Below, piece after piece: positions 1-12,148 of a stretch of DNA of 64,000 nt (position 1 is its first letter; each line of letters begins with the position of its first letter). The position numbers and the translations under genes were made by a program. The DNA is from Hemiscyllium ocellatum. Its lineage: Eukaryota. Under the pieces are notes generated by a model. It ran no database searches. It saw nothing but the letters and a program-made list of their open reading frames with translations, and was not told the DNA's origin. The DNA lies in the NCBI RefSeq assembly GCF_020745735.1, contig NC_083403.1, positions 122,716,526-122,780,525 on the forward strand, given 5' to 3'.

Positions 1-1075
1 GATGAGGTTTGTGAGCAAAGGGGATGGAGAGATAAATGGGACGGGGGGGGGGGGGGGGGGGGTTGAGGGTGTAATAGGTAGATGGAGGTGGGGGTAATGG
101 TGATAGGTTGAAGAGGAGGGTGGAGCAGATAGGTGGGAAGGATGGTCATGAGGGCGGTGTCGAGTTGGAAGGTTGGAACTGGGTTGGGGGAGATAATGAG
201 AAACTGGTGAAGCCCACATTGATGCCATGAGGTAGCAAGGCAGATGATGAGGCGTTCTTCCTTCAGGCGTTGGGTGGTTAGGGTGTGGCGATGGAGGAGG
301 CCCAGGACCTGCATGTCCTTGGCACAGTGGGAGGGGTAATTGAAGTGTTTGGCTATGGGGCAGTGGGGCTGGTTGGTGCGGGTGTCCCAGAGATATTCTC
401 AGAAGCGCTCTGCAAGTAGGTGTCCTGTCTCCCAGTGTAGAGACCGCATAGGGAGCTGTGTGTGTGTGTGTGTGTGTTGGGGGGGGGAGGAAGAGGTTTG
501 TAGGTTTTTTCCAATTCCTGCAGTGGCAGGGGAAGCTGCCAGGCACAGAGGTGTTGTGGGGGTGGGGAGGGTTATGGGCCTGACAAGAGAGAGTCGCGGA
601 GGGAACGGTCTTTATGGGAAGCAGCTAAGGATGGGGAGGGAAATATATCTCTGTAGTGGGGTCCATTTGTACTTAGCATCATCCTCTGCCATTTCTGCTA
701 TGTCTAAAGGACCAGGGAGGGGTGGGTAGAGTGGGGGTGTGTGGTTCCGTCCTTGTTGCGGTCAGCAGGGTGGGGTTTGAGGACGTAAGTGGAGGAAGTG
801 GATGAGATGTGCTGGACGACATTTTTGACCATGTGGGAGGGGGAAATGCAGTCTTTGAAGGAGGCCATCTGGTGTGTTCTGTGGTGGAACTGGTCCTCCT
901 GGGAGCAGATGCGGCAGTGGCAGAGGAACTGGGAATAAGGGATAGTGTTTTTAACAGGAGGCAGGGTGGGAGGAGGTGTAGTCAGGTAGCTGTGGGAGTC
1001 AGTGGGTTTGTAGGAGAAGTCAGTGTTGAGTTGGTCATCGTTGATGGAAATGGAGAGATCCAAAATCTGGACTGG
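1..1075 (-). mobile_element. Degenerate Penelope-like element (Neptune-type) fragment: RT C-terminus, GIY-YIG region and 3' UTR, running off the window start
   Basis: ORF 704-1087(-) contains LDLSISI..YKPTDSHSYL..PYSQFL, as in the better-preserved copies at 15.6-16.8 kb and 59-60 kb; frameshifted. Confidence 0.85.
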
Positions 1076-1719
1076 AATCAAGCACACTGGGTGTGAGAGT
1101 TATCAAAGGCACATCCAGAGCATTTTTGTCACTACACCCCTGTACTGTAATATGACCCCAAGAGTGTGAGAAATTCCAGCAGCAATGTTGTGTTCCCTTC
1201 TTAAAGGCAACTTGACAAGCATTCAGGTAAAACTTTTGCAAAATCAAGTTTGATAGACTGGATATCAGGTCCAGTCTGGCTAAAAGCACCTCTGCCAGCT
1301 CATGCCTTCTCACATCTCAGATGGACAGCATTCCAGAAAGACACAAAAAGTACAATTCAAAAGACATTATAAAGCTTTCTTTGAAGTACATTGACTTTAA
1401 TGACTAGGAAGTGTTTATTCCAAGTCACACAAAATAGCGACAATCTGACAATCAAGTTGAATTATGCTTAAATCAGAAGATCTTTACCATGAGACAGAAG
1501 AGTGACACAAAAAAAGACAAAATTCTTTACTTTTAATCCCCCTAATTCTCAAGGCATCTGCTCTGCATAAGCAAAGACCAAGTGGTTAAGAATGGGCCTG
1601 TTCAGTTACATGAACACCCATCACAGCCAACAATGAATGAGACTAACAAGAATATATGCTTTGCAAAATCATGTTCCAAACAATGACAAGCATCAATATC
1701 AATCCATTTCGTAATGCCT

Positions 1720-2535
1720 CCTGAGGAGCAGGAGAATCGACGTTTCGGACATAAATTCTTCAACAAGCTGGGAAGGCGATGGTTGATGTCTCTCCATGAC
1801 TCCCTCATTAGGTCCACACCCCCATCAACCCACCTTCCACTCCTAGCATCTTCCCTTGCTGCTGCAAGAGGTGTAAAACGTGTGCCCACACCTCTCTGCT
1901 CACCTCCAACCAAGGCCCCAAATGATCCTTCCACATCCGGCAGAGATTTTCCTGCACACCCAAACACCTCACCTACAGTGTCTGTTGTCTTGATGTAGTC
2001 TCCTCGACATTGGGGGAAACAGGATGTCAACTCGCAGAACATTTCAGAGAACATCTGAGACAGACACACCAAACAACCCCACCATCCTGTGGCCAACCAC
2101 TCCACCAAAAGACATGCAAATCCTGGGCCTCCTCCACTGCCAAATCTTAGCCACCTGGAGGAAGAATGCCTCATCTTCCACCTTGGGACCCTCCAATCTC
2201 ATGGCATCAACGTCAATTTCACCAGTTTGCACATCTCCCCTCCCCCCCATCTCATCCCCAAATCAAACCTCCAACTCAGCACCACCCTATCGAACAGTCC
2301 CACCTAGCTATATTCCTTCCCACTTATCTGCTCTACCCTATCACCACCACCCCTCCATCTGCATCTACCTACTGCCTTCCCAGCTATCTTTCCCCAGCCC
2401 CACCCCATTTATCTATCAGCACCCTCCCCCCACCCCCCCCCAACATTCCTGTGGAAGGGCTTACGCCCAAAACATTGATTCTCCTGCTCCTTGAATACTG
2501 CCTGACCTGTTGTGCTTTTCTACTGCCACACTTTT
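1720..2535 (+). mobile_element. Degenerate Penelope-like element 3' fragment with a short inverted terminal piece (about 1720-1765)
   Basis: HDSLIRSTPP and DMQILGLLH peptides; terminal repeat with decayed hammerhead at about 2445-2480; reverse terminal piece gagcaggagaatcgacgtttcgg at the 5' end. Confidence 0.75.
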
Positions 2536-2919
2536 TGAATCACATCAGTTCCAACTCAATTAGGCGTGCCATCCTTCCACAGAATTACTGTAAACACAAA
2601 GGAACCATTTTGCCCATCATAACTACACTAGTTTATTCCCTAGTGTCAATCTTCTACCTTTTCCACATAGCCCTGCACACCATTTCTAGCCAAAATAATC
2701 ATCCAATGCCCTTGTGAATGCCTCAATTCAACCTGCCTCCTCCACATTTCCATAACCAAACCACTCATTGTGTGAAAAGGGTTTTTTGTTCTGCCCCTCA
2801 CGACTTGACGTTGCTCCCATTCATTCCCGTGGAGGTGCCAGTGTTGGACTGGGTGAACAATTTAAAAAAACACACACACACACGCACACACAACACCAGG
2901 TTATAGTCCAACAGGTTTA

Positions 2920-5900
2920 AGACCATAAGACATTGGAGTGGAAGTAATGCCATTCAGATCATCGAGACTGCTCTGCCATTCAATTGTGGCTGATGGACAG
3001 TTCAACTCCACTTACCCGCACTCTTCCCGTAGCCTTCAATACCTTACAAGGTCAAGAATTTAATCAATCTCTGCCTTGAAGACATTTAACATTCCGGTCT
3101 CCACTGTGCTCTGTGGAAATGAATTCCACAGGCCCACACTCTATGGCTGAAGAGATACCTCCTCATTTCTGTTCTAAATTGACCCACTCTAATTTTAAGG
3201 CTGTGCCCACAGTCTCCCGGCCTAACAGAAACAAATTGCCAGCATCCACCCTTTCTAAGCTATGCATTATCATAGTTTCAATTAGATCTCCCCTCAATCT
3301 TCAAAACTCTAAAGAATATAATCAGAGGATCCTCAGCCGGTCATCGTATGTTAGGCCTACCATTCCAGGGATCATTCATGTGAATTTCTGCTGGACACAC
3401 TAGTGCCAGTATGTCCTTCCTGAGATGTGGGTCCAATATTGGACAGAGTATTCTAAATGGGGCCTAACTATAACTTCATAAAGTCTCAGTAGCACATTGC
3501 TGCTTTTATATTCCAACCCTCTTGAGATAAATGACAACAGTACATTTGCTTTCTTAACCACAGACTCAACCTGCAAGTCAACCTTTAGGGAATCCTGGAC
3601 TAGCACTCCCAGATCCGTTAGTACTTTGGCTTTATAAAATTTTCTCACCATTTAAAAAATATTCCATGCCTGCATTCTTCCTTCCAAAGTGCAAGAACTT
3701 GCATTTGCTCACGTTGAATTTCATCAGCCATTTCCTGGACCACAGTCCTAAACTGTCCAAATCTTTCTGCAGCCTCCCCACCTCCTCAGAACTACCTGCC
3801 TGCCTGCCTAACTTCGTATCATCGGCGAACTTTGCCAGAATGCCACTATGCCCTTCATCCAGATCATTAATATATAAAAGTGAAAAGCTGTGGCCCTAAC
3901 ACTGAACCCTGCAGGACACCACTTGTCAGTAGCTGCCATTCCAAAAAAGAACACTTTATCCCGACTCTCTGCTTTCTGTCAGACAGCCAATCCTCAATCC
4001 ATGCCAGTAGTTCACCTCGAACACCATGGGTCCTCACCTTACTCAGCAGCCTCCTGTAACGCACCTTATCAACGGCCTTTTGGAAGTCTGGATAGATAAC
4101 ATCCACTGGGTTGCCCTGGTCTAACCTACTTGCTATCTCTTCAAAGAATTCTAACAGTTTTGTCAGACACAACCTCCTCTTACTGAATCCATGCTGACTT
4201 GTTCTAATCCGACCCTGCACTTCCAAGAATTTAAACATCTCATCCTTAATGATGGATTCTAGAATTTTACCTACAACCAAGGTTAGGCTAATCGGCCTAT
4301 AATTTTCCATCTTTTTGTCTTGATCCTTTCTTGAACAAAGGAGTTATAACAGTGATTTTCCAATCATCTGGGACTTTCCCTGACTCCAGTGATTTTTGAA
4401 AGATCACAACCAAGACCTCCACTACTTCCTCAGAATGAGGATGTAGCCCATTGAGGCCAGAAGATTTAATCAATTTTTAGACCTTATAGCTTTTCTAGCA
4501 CTTTCTCTTTTGTATTGGCTACCATACTCAACTCTGCCCCCAACTCTCCTTAATTGTTGGGATATTGCTCATTTCTTCTACTGTGAAGACTGACACAAAG
4601 TACACATTAAGTTCTTCAGCTATTTCCTTTTCTCCCATCACTAGCCTTCCTGCATAAATTAGGAACGGCCCAGTTTCTACTTTTGCCTCTCGTTTCTTTC
4701 TCATGTATTGAAAGAAACTTTTACCATCAATTCTAATATTACTGGCTAGTTTACCTTCATATTTAAGCCTCTCCTTCCTTATTTCTCTCTTTGTTATTTT
4801 CTGCTTGTTTTTGTAGTCTTCCCAATCTTCTGGAACTCCCAGTGCTCGTGGCCACTTTATAGGCTCTCTCTTTTTCTTTGATACATTTCCTGACTTCCTT
4901 TGTCAGCCATGGCTGTCTAATCCCCAACCCTCCCCCCCCCCAAAAAAAAAGGATAATTTTTCTTTACTTTGGGGTGTACCTCTGTCCTGTGCCATCAATT
5001 ACACCCAGAAACTCCTGCCATTGTTGCTCTTTCCCACTAGGCTCTGCTTCCAGTTGATTTGTCAGTTCCTCTCTCATGCCCCTGTAATTACCTTTATTTA
5101 ACTGTAACACCATTTCAGTGTGCAGTTTGAAAAAGAGAAGGTAAAATCAGAAGTACTCTACCATATTACAGTCACTGCCTAAGTGTTCCCTTATTTTTAT
5201 AAAGTCTGGCTCATTGCATAGCACTAATTCCAGAATAGCCTGCTCCCTTGTGGATTCCATCACAAGCTGTTCCAAAAAGCCATCCTGTAAGCATTCTATG
5301 AATTCCCTTTCTTTGGATCCATCAGCAACATTATTCACCCAGTTCAATTGCATATTGAAGTCTCCCATGATCGTTGTAACCTTGTCTTTCTGATATGCCC
5401 TATCTATTTCGTGGCACATCTTGCACCCCTAGTCCTGACCACTGCTGGGAGGTCTGTACGTAACTCCCATTATGCTTTTGTGGTTCCTCAACTCCACCCA
5501 CACAGACTCCACATCACTTGTCCCTATGTCATTCAACGACATAGATTTAATTTCATTCTTAACTAACAAGGGAACCCCACCTCCTCTGCCCACCTTCCTG
5601 TCTTTTCACTAAGTGGTAAGTCCTTGGATGTTTAACTGCCAGTCCTGAACCCCCTGCAACCACATCATAATCATTCACAATGATTTGTGAATTTGCCATT
5701 AATTCATCTACTTTGTTACAAATACTACAAACATTCAGGTAAAGCACCTTAATGCTAGTTTTCTTATCCTCATCATTTCCAATGTGTCCTAAGTTATCCT
5801 TCCTTTTTGCTTCATTCCTAGTCTGCCTTAAACTTAAACCCTGCACACATGCTAACCTGCTGCTTATCTTTCTACTTGGCTCCATACTCCCTGTTGTTTT

Positions 5901-6170
5901 CACTTTCCCTCCCCCCCCAACTCTCAAGTTTGAAGTCCTAGTGACCACTGTATTTATCCTTTTCACCAGAACACTGGTTCCAGAGCAGTTCAGATGGACA
6001 CCACCCCATCAGTATAGATCACTCCAGTGCCAAAACTGATGCCAGTGTCCCATGAAATGGAATCCCTCTTTCCCTCACCAATCTCTTAGCCATGTGTTTA
6101 CTTCCCTAATTTTCTTATCCCTATACCAATTAGCACGTGCCTTGGGCAGTAATCCAGAGATGATGACCCT
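2920..6170 (-). mobile_element. CR1-clade LINE, decayed near-complete ORF2 (APE endonuclease + RT), in RNASEH1 intron 1
   Basis: NYRPISLT, SQHGF, DFQKAVDKV, SGVLQGSVLGP (3867-4310); IVRPHLEYSVQYW (3400-3651); IMGDFN and VLYLN endonuclease motifs (5147-5760); many stops and frameshifts. Confidence 0.9.
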
Positions 6171-6177
6171 CAAGGAC

Positions 6178-6412
6178 CTTTATTTGGAAGTACTAGCCTT
6201 CAGAGCACTGCTCCTGTGGAGCAGGATCATAAGACACATAATTTATAGCAATAGATCTTGTTTCAGTTGCATGACACTGGGATATTTTGCTATAAATTCT
6301 GTGCCTTATGATCCTGTTCCTCAGCAACCTGAAGGTGCAATACTCTGAAAGCTAGTGCTTCCAAATAAACGCGTTGAAGTATAACCTGGTGGTGTGTGAT
6401 TTTTAACTTGTC
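6178..6412. mobile_element. Fold-back non-autonomous PLE-terminus element (family B), decayed
   Basis: tttatttggaagtactagccttcagag ... ctctgaaagctagtgcttccaaataaa are inverted arms; same terminal sequence as 7181-7272, 15195-15322 and 38076-38283. Confidence 0.65.
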
Positions 6413-6665
6413 CCTTCATTCTGATGAGTAGATGGGGCAGTGGGATCTTGCCCCCACCGTGCAGGAGCTGGAGAGTGGGCCAGACAAAGGCCGAACGATA
6501 TCCCTCTATCACCGAATGACACACCAAGAGGCCATTCAACCCATCGCGCCTATACTGGCTCACTGCGAAAAGCATAATCTCCCGACATCCCCTCCACCTC
6601 CTTTTATAATTAAATAAATAAACCCGTTGCCCTCGACCAGCTGTAATCCCCCAACAGTCACTCAC

Positions 6666-6769
6666 CAGGTTGCGTACACTCCGGGCTTCCTCCCGGCCTT
6701 CACCGCATAATAAAACCTTTTCTTCATACCGCTCGATAGCGCCGTTAACAGCCCACTGAAGCGCCACAT
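6666..6769 (-). CDS. RNASEH1: Ribonuclease H1 coding exon 1 (putative mitochondrial leader plus start of the hybrid-binding domain); downstream exons not identified in the window
   Basis: MWRFSGLLTALSSGMKKRFYYAVKAGRKPGVYATW matches the RNase H1 N-terminal FYAVxxGRxxGVxxTW motif; phase-2 donor TG|gtgag at 6666/6665; second in-frame ATG at 6727; divergent from RPS7 as in the human locus. Confidence 0.9.
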
Positions 6770-6930
6770 TAGAGACCCTCTCCGCGAAGCCGGCACTCGC
6801 CCTTTGAGGAGGCCCCGCTCCGCCCCGCCCCACAGCGACAACCTCAGGCCAGGAGGAGGAAATGCAGCGCTGCTTTCTCTCCCGCATTGTCCCGCCACCC
6901 AATCAACCACGAGTGCGCGCACGTAGACGT
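6770..6930 (-). promoter_or_regulatory. RNASEH1 CpG-rich promoter
   Basis: Tandem GC boxes ccccgctccgccccgcccc (about 6813-6831), CCAAT at 6899-6903, palindrome gtgcgcgcac at 6913-6922; high CpG density. Confidence 0.65.
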
Positions 6931-7048
6931 ACACAGACCTCAGTTAAAACTCACACAGCTGAAAATGTGTTGCTGGTTAAAACACAGCAGGTTAGGCAGC
7001 ATCTCAGGAATAGGGAATTCGACGTTTCGAGCATAAGCCCTTCATCAG

Positions 7049-7084
7049 GTTCCTGATGAAGGGCTTATGCTCGAAACGTCGAAT
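7049..7084 (+). ncRNA. Minimal type I hammerhead ribozyme motif (family A); mirror copy on the - strand at about 7016-7051
   Basis: gttc-CTGATGA-a-gggc ttat gctc-GAAAC-GTC-gaat: conserved core, stem I, stem II and loopless palindromic stem III. Confidence 0.75.
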
Positions 7085-7229
7085 TCCCTATTCCTGTGAT
7101 GCTGCCTAACCTGCTGTGCCTTAACCAGCAACACATTTTCAGCTGTGATCTCCAGCATCTACAGACCTCATTTTTTACTCTAAAACTCACACAACACCAG
7201 GTTACAGTCCAACAGGTTTAATTGGAAGC

Positions 7230-7266
7230 ACACTAGCTTTCGGAGCGACGCTCCTTCATCAGGTGT
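7230..7266 (-). ncRNA. Minimal type I hammerhead ribozyme motif (family B)
   Basis: Reverse complement reads acac-CTGATGA-a-ggagc gtc gctcc-GAAAG-CTA-gtgt. Confidence 0.75.
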
Positions 7267-8032
7267 TAGTGTACAGACCTGGCTTTGGTCAGAATTTTAC
7301 TAATCTTCTTTAAACATCAGCCGCCTGCACTGTTTGCATGACACCAGCGGAGCCTGACTGGGATTGAATCGAATGCTACTAAAGATTATCAAATTGCAAA
7401 CGTAAATGAATTGCGTCTGGGGAGTGCCTCCTGTTGAGCGATTTTATTTATTTTTTCCAGCATCCATAATATTTTGCTGTTATGCAGCTTGATTAGATTA
7501 GGTTAGATTACTAAATGGGAACAGGCCCTTGCTGATTCAAAGTCCATTCATAGACTAGTCCCCACCGACACAATTGACCATGCCCCTACCTCAGGATGGT
7601 GACTTTCTACTGATTGCATTTGTAGTATTACCCGGATTGCCACTTTTGGGACCTCATTACATGACACAGGGTAAAGGTTGTCTACAATATTTCACTGCCA
7701 CCAGTCGTCTCTAGTCTGTATTCTGTCCAGACCCTAGAGTGTGGTGCTGGAAATGCACAGCAGGTCAAGCAGCATCCGAAGCCTGTCTAATTATCAGTGA
7801 CAGACCATTGGTGACTCTAAAGTGCACTTGTCTCAGTTAACAAGATGGTCATTTCATGATAACATTAAGTACAGTCAACGTTACTGGTCAGACATAATTA
7901 CTAAGGTCTATTGACAGCCGTACCGCATTCATCTTTTCCCAAAAAAGACTCATGTTTAATGCCTTTTAGTCTCCCAATGACTGTATGTGACATCATAATA
8001 TTGAATGGAGCTAATACATCTTCACCACTAAT

Positions 8033-8332
8033 TAGATTAGATTACTTACAGTGTGGAAACAGGCCCTTCGGCCCAACAAGTCCACACTGACACGCATCCA
8101 CCCAGATTCATTCCCCTACATTTACCCCTGCACCTAACACTATGGACAATTTAGCGTGGCTAATTCACCTAACCTGCACATTTTTGGACTGTGAGAGGAA
8201 ACTAGAGCACCCGGAGGAAACCCATGCAGAGACGGGGAGAATGTACAAACTCCACAAAGTCAGTCGCCTGAGAGGGGAATTGAACCCACATCTCTGGACT
8301 GTGAAGCAGCAGTGCTAACCACTGTGCCACCC
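8033..8332 (-). mobile_element. tRNA-derived V-SINE (HE1-like)
   Basis: Reverse complement has the tRNA head gtggcacagtggttagcactgctg, V-domain tgtggagtttgtacattctccccgtc and an aatct-repeat tail. Confidence 0.85.
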
Positions 8333-8414
8333 ACTTAAATATTCATTGGTGAGATGTAGAGTTGTTGGTTGGGCAAGTATTTATGCCCATCCCTAGATGC
8401 CCTTGAGAAGGTGA

Positions 8415-8709
8415 TTAGATTGGATTACTTACAGTGTGGAAACAGGCCCTTCAGCCCAACAAGTCCACACCGACCCTCCGAAGAGCAACTCACCTAGGTC
8501 CACTCCCCTACATCTAACACTACGAGCAATTTAGTATGGCCAATTCACCTAACCTGCACATCTTTGGACTGTGGGAGGAAACCGGAGCACTCGGAGGAAA
8601 CCCAAGCAGACACGGGCAGAATGTGCAAACTCCACACAGACAGTTGCCTGAGGCGGGAATTGAACCCAGATCTCTGGCACTGTGAGGCAGCAGTGTCACC
8701 ATGCCACCC
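8415..8709 (-). mobile_element. tRNA-derived V-SINE (HE1-like)
   Basis: Same head, V-domain and tail as the other copies. Confidence 0.85.
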
Positions 8710-9963
8710 ACTAATTCTTTCAGAACCATTACCTTATACAACATGACCTACTTGTACCCAGATATAATCACCTAAGCCACACCATCCAGTCATCACCTCT
8801 ACTTGCGGTCAATTGAAGTCCTACCCTGTTGTATTTCTCTAGCTGCTGTTGCATTAGTTTAGTCCAAATGTAAGCAATTGCAGCAGAACAAAACACCAAT
8901 GTGAAACTGTATGAATCACTGTTAGCCACAGATTTGTACTAAGAGCACATGAAATCAAGTCTATACAAGTCAATTGAAAAATAAAACATGGACATTAAAT
9001 TTCTTAGTTGAAGAATGACTTATTTCCTGACAAACCCACCAACTTTGTAACAGATAATTGTGGTCCCAGCAGAAATTGTTACAAGTAACTATAATGCTTA
9101 CTTATAGCATATTTTTATGTAACACAACAGATACACAAAATATTCTCAACTTTAAACTCAATATGACAGTCAGAACATCACAACTATTTATGAACCAATC
9201 CCATCATCACCACCTATCAACTATAAAACTTTAAAACACACAAAGGGTGTAGTGGAAGGTTCCAAACAATGTCTGTATCACAGAAAATTGTTCAAACTAC
9301 TACACAAAAGCATAATAAAAAATATGATACTGAGCTAAGAAAAAGCAATTACAAGGGAGGCCACCAGCTTGGACAAAAAATTGGGATTTAAAGTCAATCT
9401 TGAAAAATGAAAGGAAGATGCTGAGGTCATAGAGTCTTACAGATGTATCACACAGAAACTCCAGCATAGGCAGCTCAAGACAGGACTGCCAATTAAGACA
9501 TGAAGGGAAGGAATGATGCACAAGAGACTGGCGTTAGAGATGCAGATGACATTTGTAGCCTGGAGAATGTGCAGTGATAGAGAGGAACAATTGAGTGAGA
9601 AGGTAAATCAAGCATGAAAATAATAACTTTAACCTTGAAGTGTCAAGAACTTTGAAAGCCAATGAGGACGGTTAAACAAAATGTTTTTGGGATTCAGCAC
9701 TGGGTCGGATTCGGATATGCAAAAACAGAAATTTGTGGAGCATGGAAGGCTGTCTATTTAAACATTAGAACTGTCAGGAACTTAAAACGTGATATCTCCA
9801 ATGGCTTCTGCAAAGTTTTTGGATTGTGACCCTAAATCAAAATCAGCAATGCATTCCCACTGAGGTGGCTGTCTCTGTTCTGGCAAAAGGTGTAGTGGAA
9901 TGATGTGATGGTGAATTACCTGAGTGTCCTATGTCATCATCCTCAGAGAATGAGCTCTGGCTG

Positions 9964-10346
9964 CCTGTTTGATGCTATCATGAATGCCAGTGACTATACC
10001 ATGCCACTTACTTTGTGGAGTGTAAGAGATTATTTATCCTTTTGCTGAATTGAACTGAATTTTGTATGAGAACATCACCTGTAAGTTTACCTCCAAGACA
10101 CTTGCCATCCTAACTTGGGAATATATCACCATTCTGTTGCTGAAGTCTAGGACCCAGTCCCTGCCTGGCTATCTCCCTGTTTGATGCCATCATGAGCACC
10201 AGTGACTATACAATGCCACTTAGTTTGTGGAGTGTAAGAGATTATTTATCCTTTTGCTGAATTGAACTTAGTTTTGTATGAGGACATCACCTGTAAGTTT
10301 ACCTCCAAGACACTTGCCATCCTAACTTGGGAATATATCACCATTC
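9964..10346 (+). repeat. Local direct duplication, two copies of about 171 bp (9964-10134 and 10176-10346)
   Basis: Copies align at a constant 212-bp offset with scattered substitutions. Confidence 0.9.
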
Positions 10347-10479
10347 CTTCAGTGTCACTGGGTCAAAATCCTGGGACTCCCTTCCTAACAATATTGTGGA
10401 TGTATCTACACCAAATGGGTGGCAACAGTTTGAGGAGACAACTCACCACAACCTTTTGAAGGGAATACAAATGGACAAT

Positions 10480-11300
10480 TATTACAGGCATGCATGAGCC
10501 CTAACTCTGCATATCTCTTCATAGGATATGTTGAGCACTCTGTTCCAGTACTATTAGGTCCCCACCTTGATTTATGTTTCCATTACACTGCTATCAGTAC
10601 TGGGTCTGATTCAGGCTCTAATCTGGAGAACTTTCTCCTCGTTTCTCTCCATGTACACCTGCTGATATACTATCTTCCATGTTAGAGCTTCCAATAATGA
10701 TTCTTTTTATCTCCAAAGCAGATATTCCTGTACCATGCCATATTTGATAGGACTTTCCATTGAGGCTGTATCATTTCTGATCTGTCTGCCCTCATGCTTT
10801 GTTCTGCTCAGAACTGTAAATGAGTCATTGTGTTCTACAATACAAAAAGGTCCCTTCAGCCCATCAAATCTATGCCAGCCGAAAACACCAAAATATTCTA
10901 ATCCATTTTCCAGGACTTGGCCCTTAGCCATTTCATGGGTGCCCATTGGCATTACTTTTCAACTCATCAGCTTGTGCATTTGACAAATCATCTTCAGCCA
11001 CAAAGAACACATGGCTACTCCCTACTCACTTCTGCTCTCTCAAAATTCTGAATAGATTGTTTCCTCTCTTGAAACCTTTCTGTTCTTTCCCTGACAATTT
11101 TACATGAAAGTGAGAACTGCAATACTGGCCCATTCAATATATACCTTATCACTGTACACCTCATATACTTTTTTTCATATGAAGCTGCAATTTTTCATTT
11201 GTTCTTTTAACCCAGTATACTTATGTACAGTTCTCACATTGCATTTATGACACTAAAGAGATCTGCAAGTTCAACCTGAAAATCTCTTTCGCTGGTTTAC
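10480..11300 (+). mobile_element. Highly decayed Penelope-like element fragment
   Basis: MSPNSAYLFIGYVEHS resembles MGPSYACLFVGYVEQS of the younger copies; 3' boundary uncertain. Confidence 0.5.
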
Positions 11301-11860
11301 CAGAATTTATTATCCAATTTCAAATGCATCTTCGTCTTGTTCAATTTTCACCTTGACTGTTGTGACTACAAATACAGGTTTTGCTTCACTGTATGAGGTA
11401 GAGTACAAAGGTGCTTGTTCCTCTGGCTTATATCAAAGTCACTCAACCTTTTTAGCAGAGAAAGCAGGTATCATTGCATTCTTTAGGTGAAGTGCTGTTT
11501 GGAGCTTCTTTTAATTTATACACGAGATGTGGTTTGCTTTGGGGAGGCAATACTATTTGTTAAAATTATGCTCTCACCTCAACCCTTGCATCCTTTATTT
11601 CATCTTTCAATGTTGCATTATGTGCTTGTCTTGTTCTAATATTTTCTGGATCTCGTTTAACTCTGTAACATGTTGCATTACACACCTCTGTCTTCTTAAT
11701 TGAACGTATAAGTTATGTTTCCTTTTGTAAGTTTGTAATTTGTTCCCTAGATTCCTTATGTTTTCTATTTAGATGCAAGGCACATACATGGGCACTGTAG
11801 CCCAGTTTATTCTGGATTTTTTTAAATTTTAGTGTTATCCATCTGAACCTTCATAAAAAG

Positions 11861-12148
11861 TGGCCGGCACGGTGGACCAGTGGTTAGCACTGCTGCCTCA
11901 CAACGGCTGTAGACCCGGGTTCAATTCCCGACTCAGGCGACTGACTGTGTGGAGTTTGCACGTTCTCCCCGTGTCTGCGTGGGTTTCCTCGGGTGCTCCG
12001 GTTTCCTCCCACAGTCCAAAGATGTGTGGGTCAGGTGAATTGGCCAAGCTAAATTGGCCAAGTAGGGGTATGGGTGGGTTGCGCTTCGGCGGGTCGGTGT
12101 GGACTTGTTGGGCCGAAGGGCCTGTTTCCACACTGTAAGTCTAATCTA
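11861..12148 (+). mobile_element. tRNA-derived V-SINE (HE1-like), young
   Basis: A-box/B-box head (cagtggttagc, gggttcaattccc), V-domain, tail gtaagtctaatcta; near-identical to 28834-29145. Confidence 0.9.

Larger units (their letters stand above)
6941..7272. mobile_element. Nested PLE-terminus elements: family A palindrome (about 6955-7180) inserted into a family B element
   Basis: About 95-bp inverted arms around a tt spacer at 7050-7051; direct repeat taaaactcacaca at 6945-6957 and 7181-7193; outer direct repeat acagacct at 6933-6940 and 7273-7280. Confidence 0.85.

Noticed and set aside
43-62. Poly-G run and simple repeats (TG at about 457-477, CA at about 2870-2890, CTCA at about 30494-30520)
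   Set aside because: Ordinary low-complexity tracts, mostly within retroelement remnants
1035-1600. Candidate RNASEH1 exon 2 in the unique sequence near ORF 1035-1313
   Set aside because: No frame gave the expected ECxxQVxxFPxAxFKKF-like peptide; exon 2 probably lies left of the window
6321-6902. 193-aa - strand ORF with ATG at 6887 as an overlapping uORF of RNASEH1
   Set aside because: The ATG lies upstream of the GC boxes and so probably upstream of the TSS; the ORF runs through the splice donor and resembles no known protein
6955-7147. Palindromic repeats as a CRISPR array or classical DNA-transposon MITEs
   Set aside because: Eukaryotic DNA with no repeat-spacer periodicity; the arms match PLE 3' termini and TSD lengths vary, unlike the TA-flanked MITEs at 27525, 31534 and 34861
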